IMG/VR virus record: IMGVR_UViG_3300015207_000448
DNA length: 64,000 nucleotides
Origin: a virus
Taxonomy: Duplodnaviria; Heunggongvirae; Uroviricota; Caudoviricetes
Direction: 5' to 3' (one strand)
The notes beneath the pieces are model-generated. The model saw nothing but the letters and a program-made list of their open reading frames with translations, was not told where the DNA came from and made no database searches. Position numbers and translations under genes: made by a program. Below are positions 37,512 through 48,114 of this stretch, piece by piece (position 1 is the first letter of the stretch; each line of letters begins with the position of its first letter).

Positions 37512-37725
37512 TGTTCTTTTTGTTTTGAGGTTATTTATAATGTGAACTCTATATCAAGTATGTTGGAAAGCCATTGAATCCACGCCTTTCCAGCATAGAA
37601 GATAATTTCTGATATAATAGCCAATGCTACGAATGGTACAGCTATTAATAGTCCAGTTCCGAAAATTAATAGATACAGCCACTCCAGAGCCTTGGGCTTT
37701 TTCTGGATGAATCGAACATCGAATT

Positions 37726-37998
37726 TCATTGATCGTTGTTTTTAGTTAAGATTGCTCTGAAAATTTCATTGCCATTTTGATCAGTTATGCCAAGATGAGT
37801 AGTGTTGTTTTCTTCGCACCATCTTTTCAGGTAGTGTTCAAACAGACCTATAATTTCATCATCTGTCACAACTCTACGGTCTTGCGACATCAGATTGGGT
37901 GTCTTAGTTTTCTTTGTGAGATAGATTGTACCTAATCCACTTTCAACAAATACATAATCTTTTGCTGCCATACATTTATTTTTTACACCAGACTCCAA
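37726..37998 (-). CDS. Hypothetical protein
   Basis: ORF track. Confidence 0.3.
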   Translation of the reverse strand: MESGVKNKCMAAKDYVFVESGLGTIYLTKKTKTPNLMSQDRRVVTDDEIIGLFEHYLKRWCEENNTTHLGITDQNGNEIFRAILTKNNDQ

Positions 37999-38240
37999 TC
38001 CAGTATATCTTTAGTATGTTGTTTGAGCTCTTCTGTTGACATACAGCCGTCAAAACCACCTCCTATATTTTCAGCATAGATGATTTTTTCGTTGGGGCCA
38101 TCGAAATCAAAGGTTAATGTTAAGCCGCCCCAGCGGTATCTGACGTAAATATATTGATCATCAGTAGTGAAGATATCCCACTAACTCGGACAAGCAGAGC
38201 AAGTTTGTTCACAGCTTTTGACTTTGAATTTTTGTGCCAT
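37983..38240 (-). pseudogene. 85-codon ORF interrupted by a single in-frame TAG at codon 20
   Basis: Reading the minus strand by hand gives MAQKFKVKSCEQTCSACPS-TAG-WDIFTTDDQYIYVRYRWGG ... DILDWSLV; no ORF of 60 aa or more is called here; position within about 2 nt. Confidence 0.3.
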
Positions 38241-38241
38241 A

Positions 38242-38628
38242 TTATATTATTTTAGAGTCATTTTTCAGTTTGATTAAATCTCGATTAAATTTTGTTTTAT
38301 ATGTGCGATTTATTATGTCTAAAACTCCACTGAAGAGTTTGTATGCTTCAGTCTCGTTATCCGGGATGTCGCCCAGATACCAGCCTTGTCGTTTGGTTGG
38401 ATCTAAGCTAACCACTACATACCAGTTATCTTGAAGAATTTGATGGACTACTTCAGATTTTTCTTCAATATTTTGTGAAGAGCATACTAAACTGAAGGCT
38501 TCTTCAGCCCCTTTAAGAAATAACTTTTTTAATGTCTCAAAGTGATCGGTATGCTCTTCTATACGGCCAAGATACACATTGGCATAATCGGCCGCCTTTT
38601 GTTCAAGGTTAGATTTTATCGTATCCAT
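38242..38628 (-). CDS. Hypothetical protein
   Basis: ORF track. Confidence 0.35.
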   Translation of the reverse strand: MDTIKSNLEQKAADYANVYLGRIEEHTDHFETLKKLFLKGAEEAFSLVCSSQNIEEKSEVVHQILQDNWYVVVSLDPTKRQGWYLGDIPDNETEAYKLFSGVLDIINRTYKTKFNRDLIKLKNDSKII

Positions 38629-38845
38629 ACTTAATGAATTTACTTGTTCAATGTTCCATTGTACTTCTCGATATTCGTTAGTCGCTCACGGATAAACCAG
38701 AAAAAATGATTTTCTCTCCAGTTTTTTGATACTACCCACGAAAATGTGGGTACGGTCAACCACGTTGGGTCAGGAGCAGCTTCTTTGAAAGTGAATACTG
38801 CATACTGGTGAGCCCATAGGATTTTCCAGATTGCAATCAGTTTGC

Positions 38846-39244
38846 TCATTTTGGTTCAAATTTTTCACAAATCTTACAAGATAAGGAGGTTGCATAATAG
38901 CGTTCAGACCCCATTTTGGGTTTAGGTTTAGCAAAACAAACCGTTGTAGTCCATAAATGGTGTTTGAAAGTACGACCTTCTCTGCAATACTTACAATCAC
39001 GACAATGGAGATTACTGGGATATTGAGATTGACGCTCTTTATCTCTACGTTTTAACTCATCTTTTAATTCCTGATCGGTAAAATGAGTTAAAAAATCTAA
39101 GCGATGACATTTATTTTTTGAAGTTGAAATAAATTCAAGTTCCGACGTTCCATAAGGTAAGCCAGCCCCATACCAAATATCTGGATAAAATGGTGAATTA
39201 TGAACGTCAACAATTTCACCAGTCGCTTTAACCTTTGCAATCAT
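38846..39244 (-). CDS. Cys-rich hypothetical protein; paralogue of 23285..23677
   Basis: See 23285..23677. Confidence 0.45.
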   Translation of the reverse strand: MIAKVKATGEIVDVHNSPFYPDIWYGAGLPYGTSELEFISTSKNKCHRLDFLTHFTDQELKDELKRRDKERQSQYPSNLHCRDCKYCREGRTFKHHLWTTTVCFAKPKPKMGSERYYATSLSCKICEKFEPK

Positions 39245-39422
39245 TGGGAGTAGTATCGTTTTTAATAAGTTTAATCTTATTCAGATAGCCACAATTACAG
39301 CGATATTCAGCTTCTCCATTTATATCAAACCAAGGCATTGCATAATACACTTGCTGACAGCACGGACAACGTATCACAATAGTTTGCGGATATTTTCGGA
39401 ATTGACGAGAGGAATTACTCAT
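39228..39422 (-). CDS. Small zinc-ribbon protein
   Basis: CPCCQ ... CNCG. Confidence 0.35.
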   Translation of the reverse strand: MSNSSRQFRKYPQTIVIRCPCCQQVYYAMPWFDINGEAEYRCNCGYLNKIKLIKNDTTPNDCKG

Positions 39423-39765
39423 TTTCAGTTTGAATAATTGGGGGAACTACCATATAATGTGTTGGATGATAGGAGTCACAATGCTCATTGAAGAAATCCT
39501 CTCCATCATATCTACAGAGGTGCATAAACCAGCCGTATCGGTTCTTTTTTGCACATAGCAGTTGAGGGCCTTGTGGAACATTAGATTTATCATCGACACG
39601 TTCCCAATGAGCAGTAGAAGCACAGGCCGCTCCCGCTAAAAACGCTTGTGCCAGCATTTCTACAAGCCAAGTTTCTTTAATGAACCCTTGTCGATATAGC
39701 GTTTTGGCTGCTGGTCGAGCATAATCATACGCCTTTTCTTCTGTGATTTTTATCTCAGTTTCCAT
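39415..39765 (-). CDS. Hypothetical protein
   Basis: ORF track. Confidence 0.3.
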   Translation of the reverse strand: METEIKITEEKAYDYARPAAKTLYRQGFIKETWLVEMLAQAFLAGAACASTAHWERVDDKSNVPQGPQLLCAKKNRYGWFMHLCRYDGEDFFNEHCDSYHPTHYMVVPPIIQTENE

Positions 39766-40060
39766 CTTGTAATTTCTTAGAAAATCTTAGATGTATTCAT
39801 CATTTTGATATGTATGTACCAAGACAGAGTTATCTTCCGCCACAATCCTGATAGATGTTTTCCAGGGGCAAATATGTTTGATATCGCTTCTGGAGATTCC
39901 TGCATTTCGTAGTATATGATATAAATTAGTGCACGGGTCATAATCGCAACTCAGACCATATCTGTGTGTGAAATCCTGATAATATTGGATTATCCCAGAT
40001 TTGACTTTATCCTTTATCTCTTGGGGAATATCTTGCATTGCTTTGATAGCAGCCCATATA

Positions 40061-40735
40061 TTATAATTTATTGGATTTATTATTCACTGTTTCTGTCTCG
40101 GTATAAGGGGTGAGATATTCTTCTCTGGCAGTCGCAACCCCTTTAGGTTCAATCTTTAGATGATAGAATATGCCATCTTCTTCCTCATTGTAGCCCATAA
40201 CAATATCTATTGTTCCGACCATGTTAAGATACTTGATATACATCTGATCTCCAACCTTATATTTGGGAATGGGTGTCTCAAATTCCTCTTCCTCCTTCAA
40301 AGGAATCTCACCAGTTAAATCTCTCCAGATTTCTTCATCAGTGGGTCGATTAGGATTGCATAAAATCCGTTCCTGAAACTCGGTTTGTTCCTTTGGAACA
40401 TCAGAGGCTTTTAGATTTGAGACTGGAGTGAGCTTGATTTCTACGCAAAGTGGCTCAGAACCATATTGAACTTCCGGGAATAGGTCTGGAGGCAATAGAT
40501 TGAAGTTTTTTGCCATACTGGGATGGCAATGAGTCAGTCTTAATTCGCCACACAAATCTCGTGATACATATCCAAGCATAACGAAAGATGTTGGCTCGTC
40601 TTTGGCCGGGCAAAGTGGACCACAGTGCTTCTGAAAATTTTGTTTCATAACCTCAAAATCTTCTTTAGTATATGGATGATTTTGTCTAAAAAGAAGCATC
40701 CCATCATAGGGTTTGGGTTGTGTATTTTTAGCCAT
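40061..40735 (-). CDS. Hypothetical protein
   Basis: ORF track. Confidence 0.35.
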   Translation of the reverse strand: MAKNTQPKPYDGMLLFRQNHPYTKEDFEVMKQNFQKHCGPLCPAKDEPTSFVMLGYVSRDLCGELRLTHCHPSMAKNFNLLPPDLFPEVQYGSEPLCVEIKLTPVSNLKASDVPKEQTEFQERILCNPNRPTDEEIWRDLTGEIPLKEEEEFETPIPKYKVGDQMYIKYLNMVGTIDIVMGYNEEEDGIFYHLKIEPKGVATAREEYLTPYTETETVNNKSNKL

Positions 40736-40747
40736 AATTGAATCCCC

Positions 40748-41233
40748 TTAGTTTTTAGTCAGGTTGAATATTCTTTTCACGATTTTTCTAAAAAACTCAA
40801 ATTTCTTTAGTCGTTTTTTAGATGGTTGAAGCTCAGGATTTGAAATATTCCCTTGCGCGTCCATTATTTCACCAGACAAAATATAGTGGTATCGAACACT
40901 ATAGGAAGTAATTTCTACCATATAATCTATATAGGCGAATTTTCCACCTTCACCTGCATTTCCAAGAAAAATCTTATCACCACTTTTAAGCTGTCTATTC
41001 CCCCAGTAATATCCAGGGGTTCGATCGTCTGGATGGAAGGTAACAATATTATGTTCCCTATTCACCCAACCGTCATTACACCGATATGCTTTTACGCCCA
41101 ATTCCATCATTTTAGCGTGAAACGCATCACACTCAGCATAAAATTTTCTGTCAGCTTCCAGTATATCGTCCAAAACTGATAAGTCATTCACAATGGAGAC
41201 ACCACCATTTCTATGTTTTATTTCTACGCTCAT
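40748..41233 (-). CDS. Hypothetical protein
   Basis: ORF track. Confidence 0.35.
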   Translation of the reverse strand: MSVEIKHRNGGVSIVNDLSVLDDILEADRKFYAECDAFHAKMMELGVKAYRCNDGWVNREHNIVTFHPDDRTPGYYWGNRQLKSGDKIFLGNAGEGGKFAYIDYMVEITSYSVRYHYILSGEIMDAQGNISNPELQPSKKRLKKFEFFRKIVKRIFNLTKN

Positions 41234-41478
41234 ATTTTCTTCTGGTGTTTCAGACGAGTTATGGCGTCCTTTTTGGAATATGCCATAACTTTATGCCCTT
41301 TGATTGAAAACTCACGCAACTGTCGGCTATCTACAGCCCTTGGAGGGGTTTTTGAAAAGCCGTTGCCAGAATCCGGCACAGGATAACGCTTACGCTCACC
41401 ATACCGATAGAAATTATCGGATTGTTGGGCCATCATTGCAGTGGCACACAACATTGCGAATAATGCTTTCTTACTCAT
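41230..41478 (-). CDS. Small secreted protein
   Basis: Signal peptide MSKKALFAMLCATAMMAQQ. Confidence 0.35.
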   Translation of the reverse strand: MSKKALFAMLCATAMMAQQSDNFYRYGERKRYPVPDSGNGFSKTPPRAVDSRQLREFSIKGHKVMAYSKKDAITRLKHQKKI

Positions 41479-41802
41479 CGTTATTGAATTGGGTTAAGAC
41501 AAAAGACAGCATCGCCGATTCAGCAGCTTCTTTTGTGGGATAATATTCACTGGTATCATCATATTCAGAGGTGCTTAGGTTTAACCAATCAGCAAACCAA
41601 TCACGAGCGATATAGCGATAATTAGCCCGGATATTAATGCCTTTGTTTTCTCTTATCCATTTGATTGCGGAGCTGAGAGGGAATAGGTAGTGACCCGATT
41701 GCTCTTCATAGTACAATCGCTCAGTTCCCATCCCTAAAGTCAGCAAAGCGTCAGTCTGCTCCAATGTGCAAAGCTCATCTATTGAAAGATAGAAGTTCTC
41801 GT

Positions 41803-42156
41803 TCATTGTCTCTCTTGTTTTACACCGACATACATTTCACCTTCCAACATCACCTCATTGTTATAAGCCTTTCTGATGTTGAATGTGATGATATTCCTTT
41901 CAAGGAAATGTTTAGCAAACTCTTCAGCTATATGCCGATAGGCCCATTCCATTTGACTTTGCGGAATGTTGTTAGGATTGATGATCTCTCCAAATTTATG
42001 TGGGAAAATATAGCCACATTGTACTGGGGTGATTTTGTAAACCGATTTGATTGGTATGTAGGAACATTCACGCGGATCTTCACCATGACAAGTAATGACT
42101 TGTGGGTTAAGTTTATTTGCCCATTTCCTAAGTAGAGCTGCTATTTTCTTTTTCAT
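41803..42156 (-). CDS. Hypothetical protein
   Basis: ORF track. Confidence 0.3.
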   Translation of the reverse strand: MKKKIAALLRKWANKLNPQVITCHGEDPRECSYIPIKSVYKITPVQCGYIFPHKFGEIINPNNIPQSQMEWAYRHIAEEFAKHFLERNIITFNIRKAYNNEVMLEGEMYVGVKQERQ

Positions 42157-42713
42157 ACGATTAGTGGTTACGATAGTATTCTTTTACATACGCATCCATC
42201 TGTCGGCGAGCTTCTGCCTTGGCCGCTTCAACAGAGGTAAAGTAATCCAGAGGAACTTCAACCTTATGTATAACCTTACGCACAAGGCGTTTCAGGATTT
42301 TTGTTCGACGAGTATAATATACTTCACCGATAACACATAGCTCCATTAAGCCATCAAAACCGCGAGGAACACCGGCCACATCTATGGAAGTTACAAGTTG
42401 TTTTTTCATTGTTCTGAATAGTCTTTGCACGGTCTTTTTCGTGCGGTTATACATTTATGAGATTTGAAGCAATACATTTTCTTGTCTTTAAGGACATCGT
42501 AATGCTTACACTGAGAGCAGTGAGGCGAGAACACTTGTGGAAGATTCTCATCTTCAGGAGTGGCATCACGAACCGGTACCCAGCCGATACCGACATATTG
42601 ATGCACTACACCATCCAGTACAATGTGGAAGTTGGCATCAACAATACATTGAGGCGGGTTAACAGACATCTTAATCTGACCTCTCATTCCGAAGATGTCA
42701 TAATATTTGACTC

Positions 42714-43529
42714 TCATTTTTCTTCCTCCTTAAAACCTAATAAGTTACGGGCCACCACAATTTTGATATTGTCCGACTTCAGGAACTTCTTTCCTAAAGC
42801 ACACTGACAACACGGTTTAGCCTCCCTGAGATTGTTGAATATGTCAAGCATATAGTCATCATTGACATTTCCGAATGAGGGGCATAGGCAGGATTCTGAA
42901 AGATGCACATTGCCTTTGTAGTCAATACAAGGCTTACACACCACTCCCGGTGTATGATCCAAGCCAGTGAGTTTTCTGGTGGGGCTGGTTTGCTTGAAAA
43001 GTAAGTGCCCATTCAGACAAGACATATAGTGAGGATTGTCCGCTATTTCTTTCTGAGCCTGCTCATTTGTTTTGGCTCTACCCAAGTCCTGCATACTTCT
43101 GATTTCATCAGTAGTAAGAATAATCTTTGGTATGGCACTGAGTTCTTTGCTGTGCTCAATGATGAATGAGGCGTCTTTATACCACTTTGAATTAGTATAA
43201 ACTTGCATACCTACATAAGATTGGAGCTTTGCAAGTTTTATCATTTCTTCAGTGCGCTCCGGGAACCAAGTGCCATTTGAGGTCACTGTAAAGCCTCCAG
43301 GAGTCTTACTTTGTTTAACAAAGCGGTCGAGATACTGACAGAACTCGGTGAATTTAGGATGCTCTGTCGGCTCTCCACCAGTAATGATGTAGGCACTGGC
43401 ACCTAAGAATTGTCCGAATCTCAGGGCATTTTTGAAGGTGGTTTCGCTCATGTGTTCCCCATTGGGATTGGAGCAGTGCATACAATGAGCGCATCCTTCA
43501 TGGCATTTATTCGTTATCTGGATCAGCAT
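42714..43529 (-). CDS. Radical SAM protein with a C-terminal Cys-rich auxiliary (SPASM/twitch-like) region
   Basis: N-terminal CHEGCAHC (CxxxCxxC); C-terminal CKPC ... C-C ... CCQC cluster. Confidence 0.55.
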   Translation of the reverse strand: MLIQITNKCHEGCAHCMHCSNPNGEHMSETTFKNALRFGQFLGASAYIITGGEPTEHPKFTEFCQYLDRFVKQSKTPGGFTVTSNGTWFPERTEEMIKLAKLQSYVGMQVYTNSKWYKDASFIIEHSKELSAIPKIILTTDEIRSMQDLGRAKTNEQAQKEIADNPHYMSCLNGHLLFKQTSPTRKLTGLDHTPGVVCKPCIDYKGNVHLSESCLCPSFGNVNDDYMLDIFNNLREAKPCCQCALGKKFLKSDNIKIVVARNLLGFKEEEK

Positions 43530-43820
43530 AGTATGTATATTAGATGTTTATTTTTAGGATAGTGTCAGGAGCACTAAATCTTATGCCCATTTGTGAGCAA
43601 ATTATATCACGCTCCATTTCGGAAATTGATTTTGAGTAAGAATAAGTCTGAGACATCAACTCCGCATTGGATATTTCAATAGCGTTTGAGGGTTGCTGAA
43701 TCTGGTCTGAAAGATCTTCATACTCTACATCAATGATTTCACGAGGTTCTTCTCTGTAAGGCTTGAATAGCTGCTGTATAGATATGGCACCTATACCATA
43801 GGCTTCAATTATATGGCGTA

Positions 43821-44468
43821 TCATATCATATTGTTTTGGAAATTAATCATATCTTCGCCAGATAGACCTTCTTTATATAGTTTTCTTACCAGTTGATATT
43901 CGATTCCGAATTGGATTGAAAACTGTTTACCTGAATACCTTGTACCCTGATAATTAATTTTTAAGTTGCTTCTGCGATTATTCGATTGTTCTCGCATTGT
44001 GGCCCATCGACAGTTTTCTTTTGAATAGTCTTGATTGCAGTTTATTCTATCTAAAGTTTGATCAGGATTAGGATCACCCATATCCTCGTAAAACTTATGA
44101 TAGTTGTGCCAAGCAGTAGATACTTTTATACCTCTCCCACCATAGTAAGCATAATATTTATTTATAGGACTGTAACAGCGATTCATCATCGCTCTCCAAC
44201 TTCTATATGCTTTTGTTTTTGTAAGATGGAAGTTAGCATTTTTGCTTTTTATGGAAGTAAGAAATGATGATGCTTGTGATTTTTGATAACAACCACAACT
44301 TCCTGTATGTCCTGTAACTAAATCAGAACTACAAACACTAACTATTTTTCCACAATCACATTGACATATCCATTTAATGCGTCTACTCCCAATAGGTGTA
44401 AGAGGATCTCTTTTTTGGGCAACAAGCCTATTAAAGCGTTGTCCTGTCAAATCATTGAATCGCCCCAT
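43821..44468 (-). CDS. HNH/AP2-type homing-endonuclease-like protein with an N-terminal Cys-rich module
   Basis: YRSWRAMMNRCY ... YYGGRGIKVSTAWHNYHKFYEDMG ... LDRIN ... ENCRWAT; N-terminal module shared with 32886..33422. Confidence 0.5.
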   Translation of the reverse strand: MGRFNDLTGQRFNRLVAQKRDPLTPIGSRRIKWICQCDCGKIVSVCSSDLVTGHTGSCGCYQKSQASSFLTSIKSKNANFHLTKTKAYRSWRAMMNRCYSPINKYYAYYGGRGIKVSTAWHNYHKFYEDMGDPNPDQTLDRINCNQDYSKENCRWATMREQSNNRRSNLKINYQGTRYSGKQFSIQFGIEYQLVRKLYKEGLSGEDMINFQNNMI

Positions 44469-44470
44469 TT

Positions 44471-44866
44471 TTATTTTCTATTGAAGTCAGCAGGGATTTC
44501 TCCCCAGGCTCTGTTATCCCATTTCACTACCTTAATCTCATCCACCCAATAAGCCATAGCTCTTAGGTATATTTCAGCTTTCATCAGTCTCGCATTACGC
44601 TTGCCGGATGCAGTACGTTTATTCTTGAACCAACTTATAGCAGTCGTACTGTCTGAGAAAATGACTTTAGGCTGAAAGTCATTGTCAATGATGTATTTGA
44701 CAGCCTCAACTATCGCAAGGAACTCACCGATATTAATGGTCTGATTACCCAAATCGGAATAGAATAGCGTTTTCCCAGTATTCAGGTCAACTCCCTGAAA
44801 TTCTGTCTTACGATTCTTCATTGAATGGGCCGCGTCAACTGCGATACCCTCATTGAGACTAATCAT
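44471..44866 (-). CDS. rnhA: RNase H (type 1); paralogue of 30741..31136
   Basis: Conserved in order: VDAAHS, IGEFLAIVEA, IFSDS, KWDN. Confidence 0.7.
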   Translation of the reverse strand: MISLNEGIAVDAAHSMKNRKTEFQGVDLNTGKTLFYSDLGNQTINIGEFLAIVEAVKYIIDNDFQPKVIFSDSTTAISWFKNKRTASGKRNARLMKAEIYLRAMAYWVDEIKVVKWDNRAWGEIPADFNRK

Positions 44867-44891
44867 ATTAAGATAGTTATGTTACACTGCG

Positions 44892-45596
44892 TTAATCATT
44901 TGAGATGAAATCCGGGAAACGGAATTTCTTTCTTTGTGCTTTGGAGAGAGAAAAGTATATTTTGGCATACTTCACCATTTCTGTCTGCTTCTCATCCAGC
45001 ATATCCATTGTCACAAATGTGTTGGCCTGAAGCAGTTTACGTTGCTTATCCCACTGAAGAAGAGCTACACCATCATTGACCGGTCCGAATATGTGAACCT
45101 TATTACGAAAGACCGATTTAGTTTCGATCCAAGTCATCGTCAGGTTGCGCTTCATATAGATAGCAATCACATCAATAATGTTTTTTGAAGCTGTGAGTTG
45201 ACCTCTGATCTGCCAGTCACAAACCTCCATAAATCGCTCTTTATAGCGATGAAAGAAATGAGGATTGAATTTGATAGCTTGTCTGCTCTCAGTATAAAAG
45301 GCAATAGCTGATATGCCCTTGCTAGTATTCATCAGACCGATATGGAATGATGACCAATCCCATTTCTTAGATTTGCCGGCGCCAGTCTGAAAGTAGATGA
45401 GTATTCCGAGATAGCTGTTACCACGAAACGAGGTAAAGACTTTGGTCAGAATCACAGTTGGCTGTTTATGGCGTTTCCATAAATATCGTGTGACATATTC
45501 AGAGTTGTCGAAACGGACAGTCTTTTCCTGAATATCTGCAAGGTCTAAGCGATACTCATCAAGCAGCTCATTACTTGACATTCCTTCTTCAAACAT
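44892..45596 (-). CDS. Hypothetical protein
   Basis: ORF 44892..45773, trimmed to the Met that removes the overlap with the upstream gene. Confidence 0.35.
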   Translation of the reverse strand: MFEEGMSSNELLDEYRLDLADIQEKTVRFDNSEYVTRYLWKRHKQPTVILTKVFTSFRGNSYLGILIYFQTGAGKSKKWDWSSFHIGLMNTSKGISAIAFYTESRQAIKFNPHFFHRYKERFMEVCDWQIRGQLTASKNIIDVIAIYMKRNLTMTWIETKSVFRNKVHIFGPVNDGVALLQWDKQRKLLQANTFVTMDMLDEKQTEMVKYAKIYFSLSKAQRKKFRFPDFISND

Positions 45597-46083
45597 TGCC
45601 CTGAGATTGTTCGTAAAGCCTTCTAACCATAAAGGCATTGTCAATGAAATCTTCGGCAGTGGCAATGGCGTTTTCAAGGTCATTTCTACCACGAAGAAGC
45701 TGGGCGATAACTTGAATGTCATTCTTACGCTTCTCCTTGCTGGAGGGGTCGTAGATGATTTCTTTGTTACCAAAAGTTATGCGCACAACGAATACGTTTT
45801 TGCGGCAAATGGTTTTAATGGTGGCGGGGAACCGGAGAATGGTTGCAGATTTGGCTATGAAGCCAGTCTCGCTACGCATTGGCATCAGAGTGCAGCTATA
45901 AAGCATATTGGGGATGATGTCTTTTGCGATAGACGGATCTACGAACACGATTTTTTTCTTGCTCTCAGTTTCCCGACACCCTTTCCAACTTCCGTTGGTC
46001 TTGGTGACGAAACCATAGAGCCGGTCTGCAACATTTTCAAGCCCTTTGTAGAACTTGATGTTAGTTTTTATTCTTTGTGCCAT
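45589..46083 (-). CDS. Hypothetical protein; paralogue of 30145..30744
   Basis: See 30145..30744. Confidence 0.45.
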   Translation of the reverse strand: MAQRIKTNIKFYKGLENVADRLYGFVTKTNGSWKGCRETESKKKIVFVDPSIAKDIIPNMLYSCTLMPMRSETGFIAKSATILRFPATIKTICRKNVFVVRITFGNKEIIYDPSSKEKRKNDIQVIAQLLRGRNDLENAIATAEDFIDNAFMVRRLYEQSQGNV

Positions 46084-46194
46084 AATATATTGCTGTTATC
46101 ATTTGAGGGCATACAAAAAGGCCCTGCACCGAGTAATAGTGCAGAGCCTTCAGAAAGATTTATTAATAAATCTTAAAAAGCCTATTTATTTTGG

Positions 46195-46491
46195 TTAATA
46201 ATCGCTAACCTTGTCATTGATTAACTGAGTTACTGATGGGATTATGAACTTCCCGGATGAGTCACGTTGCTGAACGATTTGGAACTTCATGTCAGTTCTC
46301 AGCTCCGGAAGAGTGTCAGTTGTGGTGATTGTGAGACCATTCTGGGTTGCTTCAACGATTAAGAACTCATCTTTATCATCAGACTGGTTGTAATGTCGAA
46401 TGATTAGGATTTCGTCATCCTGAACCCCTAAATATTGCCATAATTGTTGGATTTGGAATGTCGCGTTCATATAAATACTGCTTTTAATCAA
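46195..46491 (-). CDS. Hypothetical protein
   Basis: ORF track. Confidence 0.3.
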   Translation of the reverse strand: MIKSSIYMNATFQIQQLWQYLGVQDDEILIIRHYNQSDDKDEFLIVEATQNGLTITTTDTLPELRTDMKFQIVQQRDSSGKFIIPSVTQLINDKVSDY

Positions 46492-46893
46492 TTATAGTTC
46501 CAACGTGTCTGAGAAGCAGTTGGAACAGAAACCTTTTGTCCTGTTATACTGAGCCTTACCAATGCGTCGGCCACAACGGTTACAGAACAAGAGTGATTCA
46601 TTCTTTCCGTGAAGAATGTCTTTGAGACTTTGTTTGCTTATATTGTATTCGCGCGATAACGCTCTCAACACTTCAGGGAAGTTATAATTCTTGTCCTGAT
46701 GTTCCAGCCAATGCAATCCGCTTGTCAGTCTTTCGTAGTCGGCCCTGATTAAGAGATTGCGAATGTATGTGGCATTGAGAAGTCGCTGGGCGTTGAGGCG
46801 TTCCAGCAAGGCAATCTCAATACCAAACATATCACTCGCTTTCTCCAAGTCTTTAGGGCGTAGTGTAAATTGAACTGTATCGGCCAGGCCCAT
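46492..46893 (-). CDS. Zinc-ribbon protein; paralogue of 29206..29568
   Basis: See 29206..29568. Confidence 0.4.
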   Translation of the reverse strand: MGLADTVQFTLRPKDLEKASDMFGIEIALLERLNAQRLLNATYIRNLLIRADYERLTSGLHWLEHQDKNYNFPEVLRALSREYNISKQSLKDILHGKNESLLFCNRCGRRIGKAQYNRTKGFCSNCFSDTLEL

Positions 46894-46894
46894 A

Positions 46895-47194
46895 TTATTC
46901 AGCTTTTTTGAAGGAGATGGTCAGGACTGCATCGTAATGCTCATCCGGCTCAATAGCGGCAAAAGCATCTGCGAGCATATTGATCATAACTCGATTGCTG
47001 TCCTCATGCGACATATTTTCCCAATCCAGCTCCATCTCATCTGAGATAGCTTTTGCACTCTCATAGAATGGGCTGTCTTGTGGAATTTCATTTACGTCGT
47101 AAGGAGCATCCTCACTGAATAAAAACTTTGATAATTGGAAGTAGTTTGCGATTGCTTCCTGAGATTTTTGAAGAACCTCTTTCTTAGTTGCCAT
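46895..47194 (-). CDS. Small acidic protein
   Basis: ORF track. Confidence 0.3.
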   Translation of the reverse strand: MATKKEVLQKSQEAIANYFQLSKFLFSEDAPYDVNEIPQDSPFYESAKAISDEMELDWENMSHEDSNRVMINMLADAFAAIEPDEHYDAVLTISFKKAE

Positions 47195-47225
47195 AAATAT
47201 TGATCATATTATGACACTGCTTTCA

Positions 47226-47669
47226 TCATTTTGGGTCAAACGTCAAATCACAATGAATCACCTCACAGACGGCCAACAAGGTTTTGATGGAAAGTGGAAT
47301 GACATATTTACGCCCCTCTGCCTCTTCTTTCATTCGTTCCAGATCTTCTGGAATGAAAGATTTGGGAGGGGTATAATGTATTCCGGTCTTTCGATAGACT
47401 AACTTAGGATCGACTTGGTAGCGTCTCATAAGCAAATCCAACACCTTGTGAACACCAAGCACAGAATCGGGATAGAAGCGATCCTCAGTAGCCAAATCTG
47501 TCATCACAAATTTCAAGTTCATATCTTGACAAAATATGATAAGATTTTGGACTGGATAGTTACTTCTTGATAACTCTATGGATTGTACGGCATAAGCTGT
47601 CAAACTACCTGTATAGGCAGCTCCATTTACAGCTTCCTTTATTCTGTCTGCGAGTTGTTCCTGGTTCAT
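47226..47669 (-). CDS. Hypothetical protein
   Basis: ORF track. Confidence 0.3.
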   Translation of the reverse strand: MNQEQLADRIKEAVNGAAYTGSLTAYAVQSIELSRSNYPVQNLIIFCQDMNLKFVMTDLATEDRFYPDSVLGVHKVLDLLMRRYQVDPKLVYRKTGIHYTPPKSFIPEDLERMKEEAEGRKYVIPLSIKTLLAVCEVIHCDLTFDPK

Positions 47670-48070
47670 CTATGAATAGTCTGTTTGATGGTGTTCACTA
47701 TCTTAATAACGTCACTTTTGACCGATTGGTACGAAAACTTATCGGCAGATTGACAGTTTTCGATAAGCACCTCCAGATCTCCACTGGCATCAGTGAGGTC
47801 AGACACATTGTCGGTCATCGCATCATTGGCAGCAGACCACTGGAATGATTCGGGCCGGTTATCAAGAGCTTCTTCCTCTTCATCGGCACATTTCTGAACA
47901 TCAGATTGAGCTTTCTGAAGGATTTTCAGGGCCTCTGCCTTATCAACCGGGTCTCTCAGTCTTGCTAAACCGTCAAGAACGGCATGAAGAACACTTCGTC
48001 TTTGTCTATTCATACTATTGGTTTTTGCTTTTAGAGCTGAAAGACACTGCAAAATTACGAAAAAATGCAA
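47666..48070 (-). CDS. Hypothetical protein; paralogue of 28955..29209
   Basis: See 28955..29209. Confidence 0.35.
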   Translation of the reverse strand: MHFFVILQCLSALKAKTNSMNRQRRSVLHAVLDGLARLRDPVDKAEALKILQKAQSDVQKCADEEEEALDNRPESFQWSAANDAMTDNVSDLTDASGDLEVLIENCQSADKFSYQSVKSDVIKIVNTIKQTIHR

Positions 48071-48114
48071 TGCCTTTCAGCATAAAAATTACTCCGATAT
48101 ACTTAGATTGCAGA

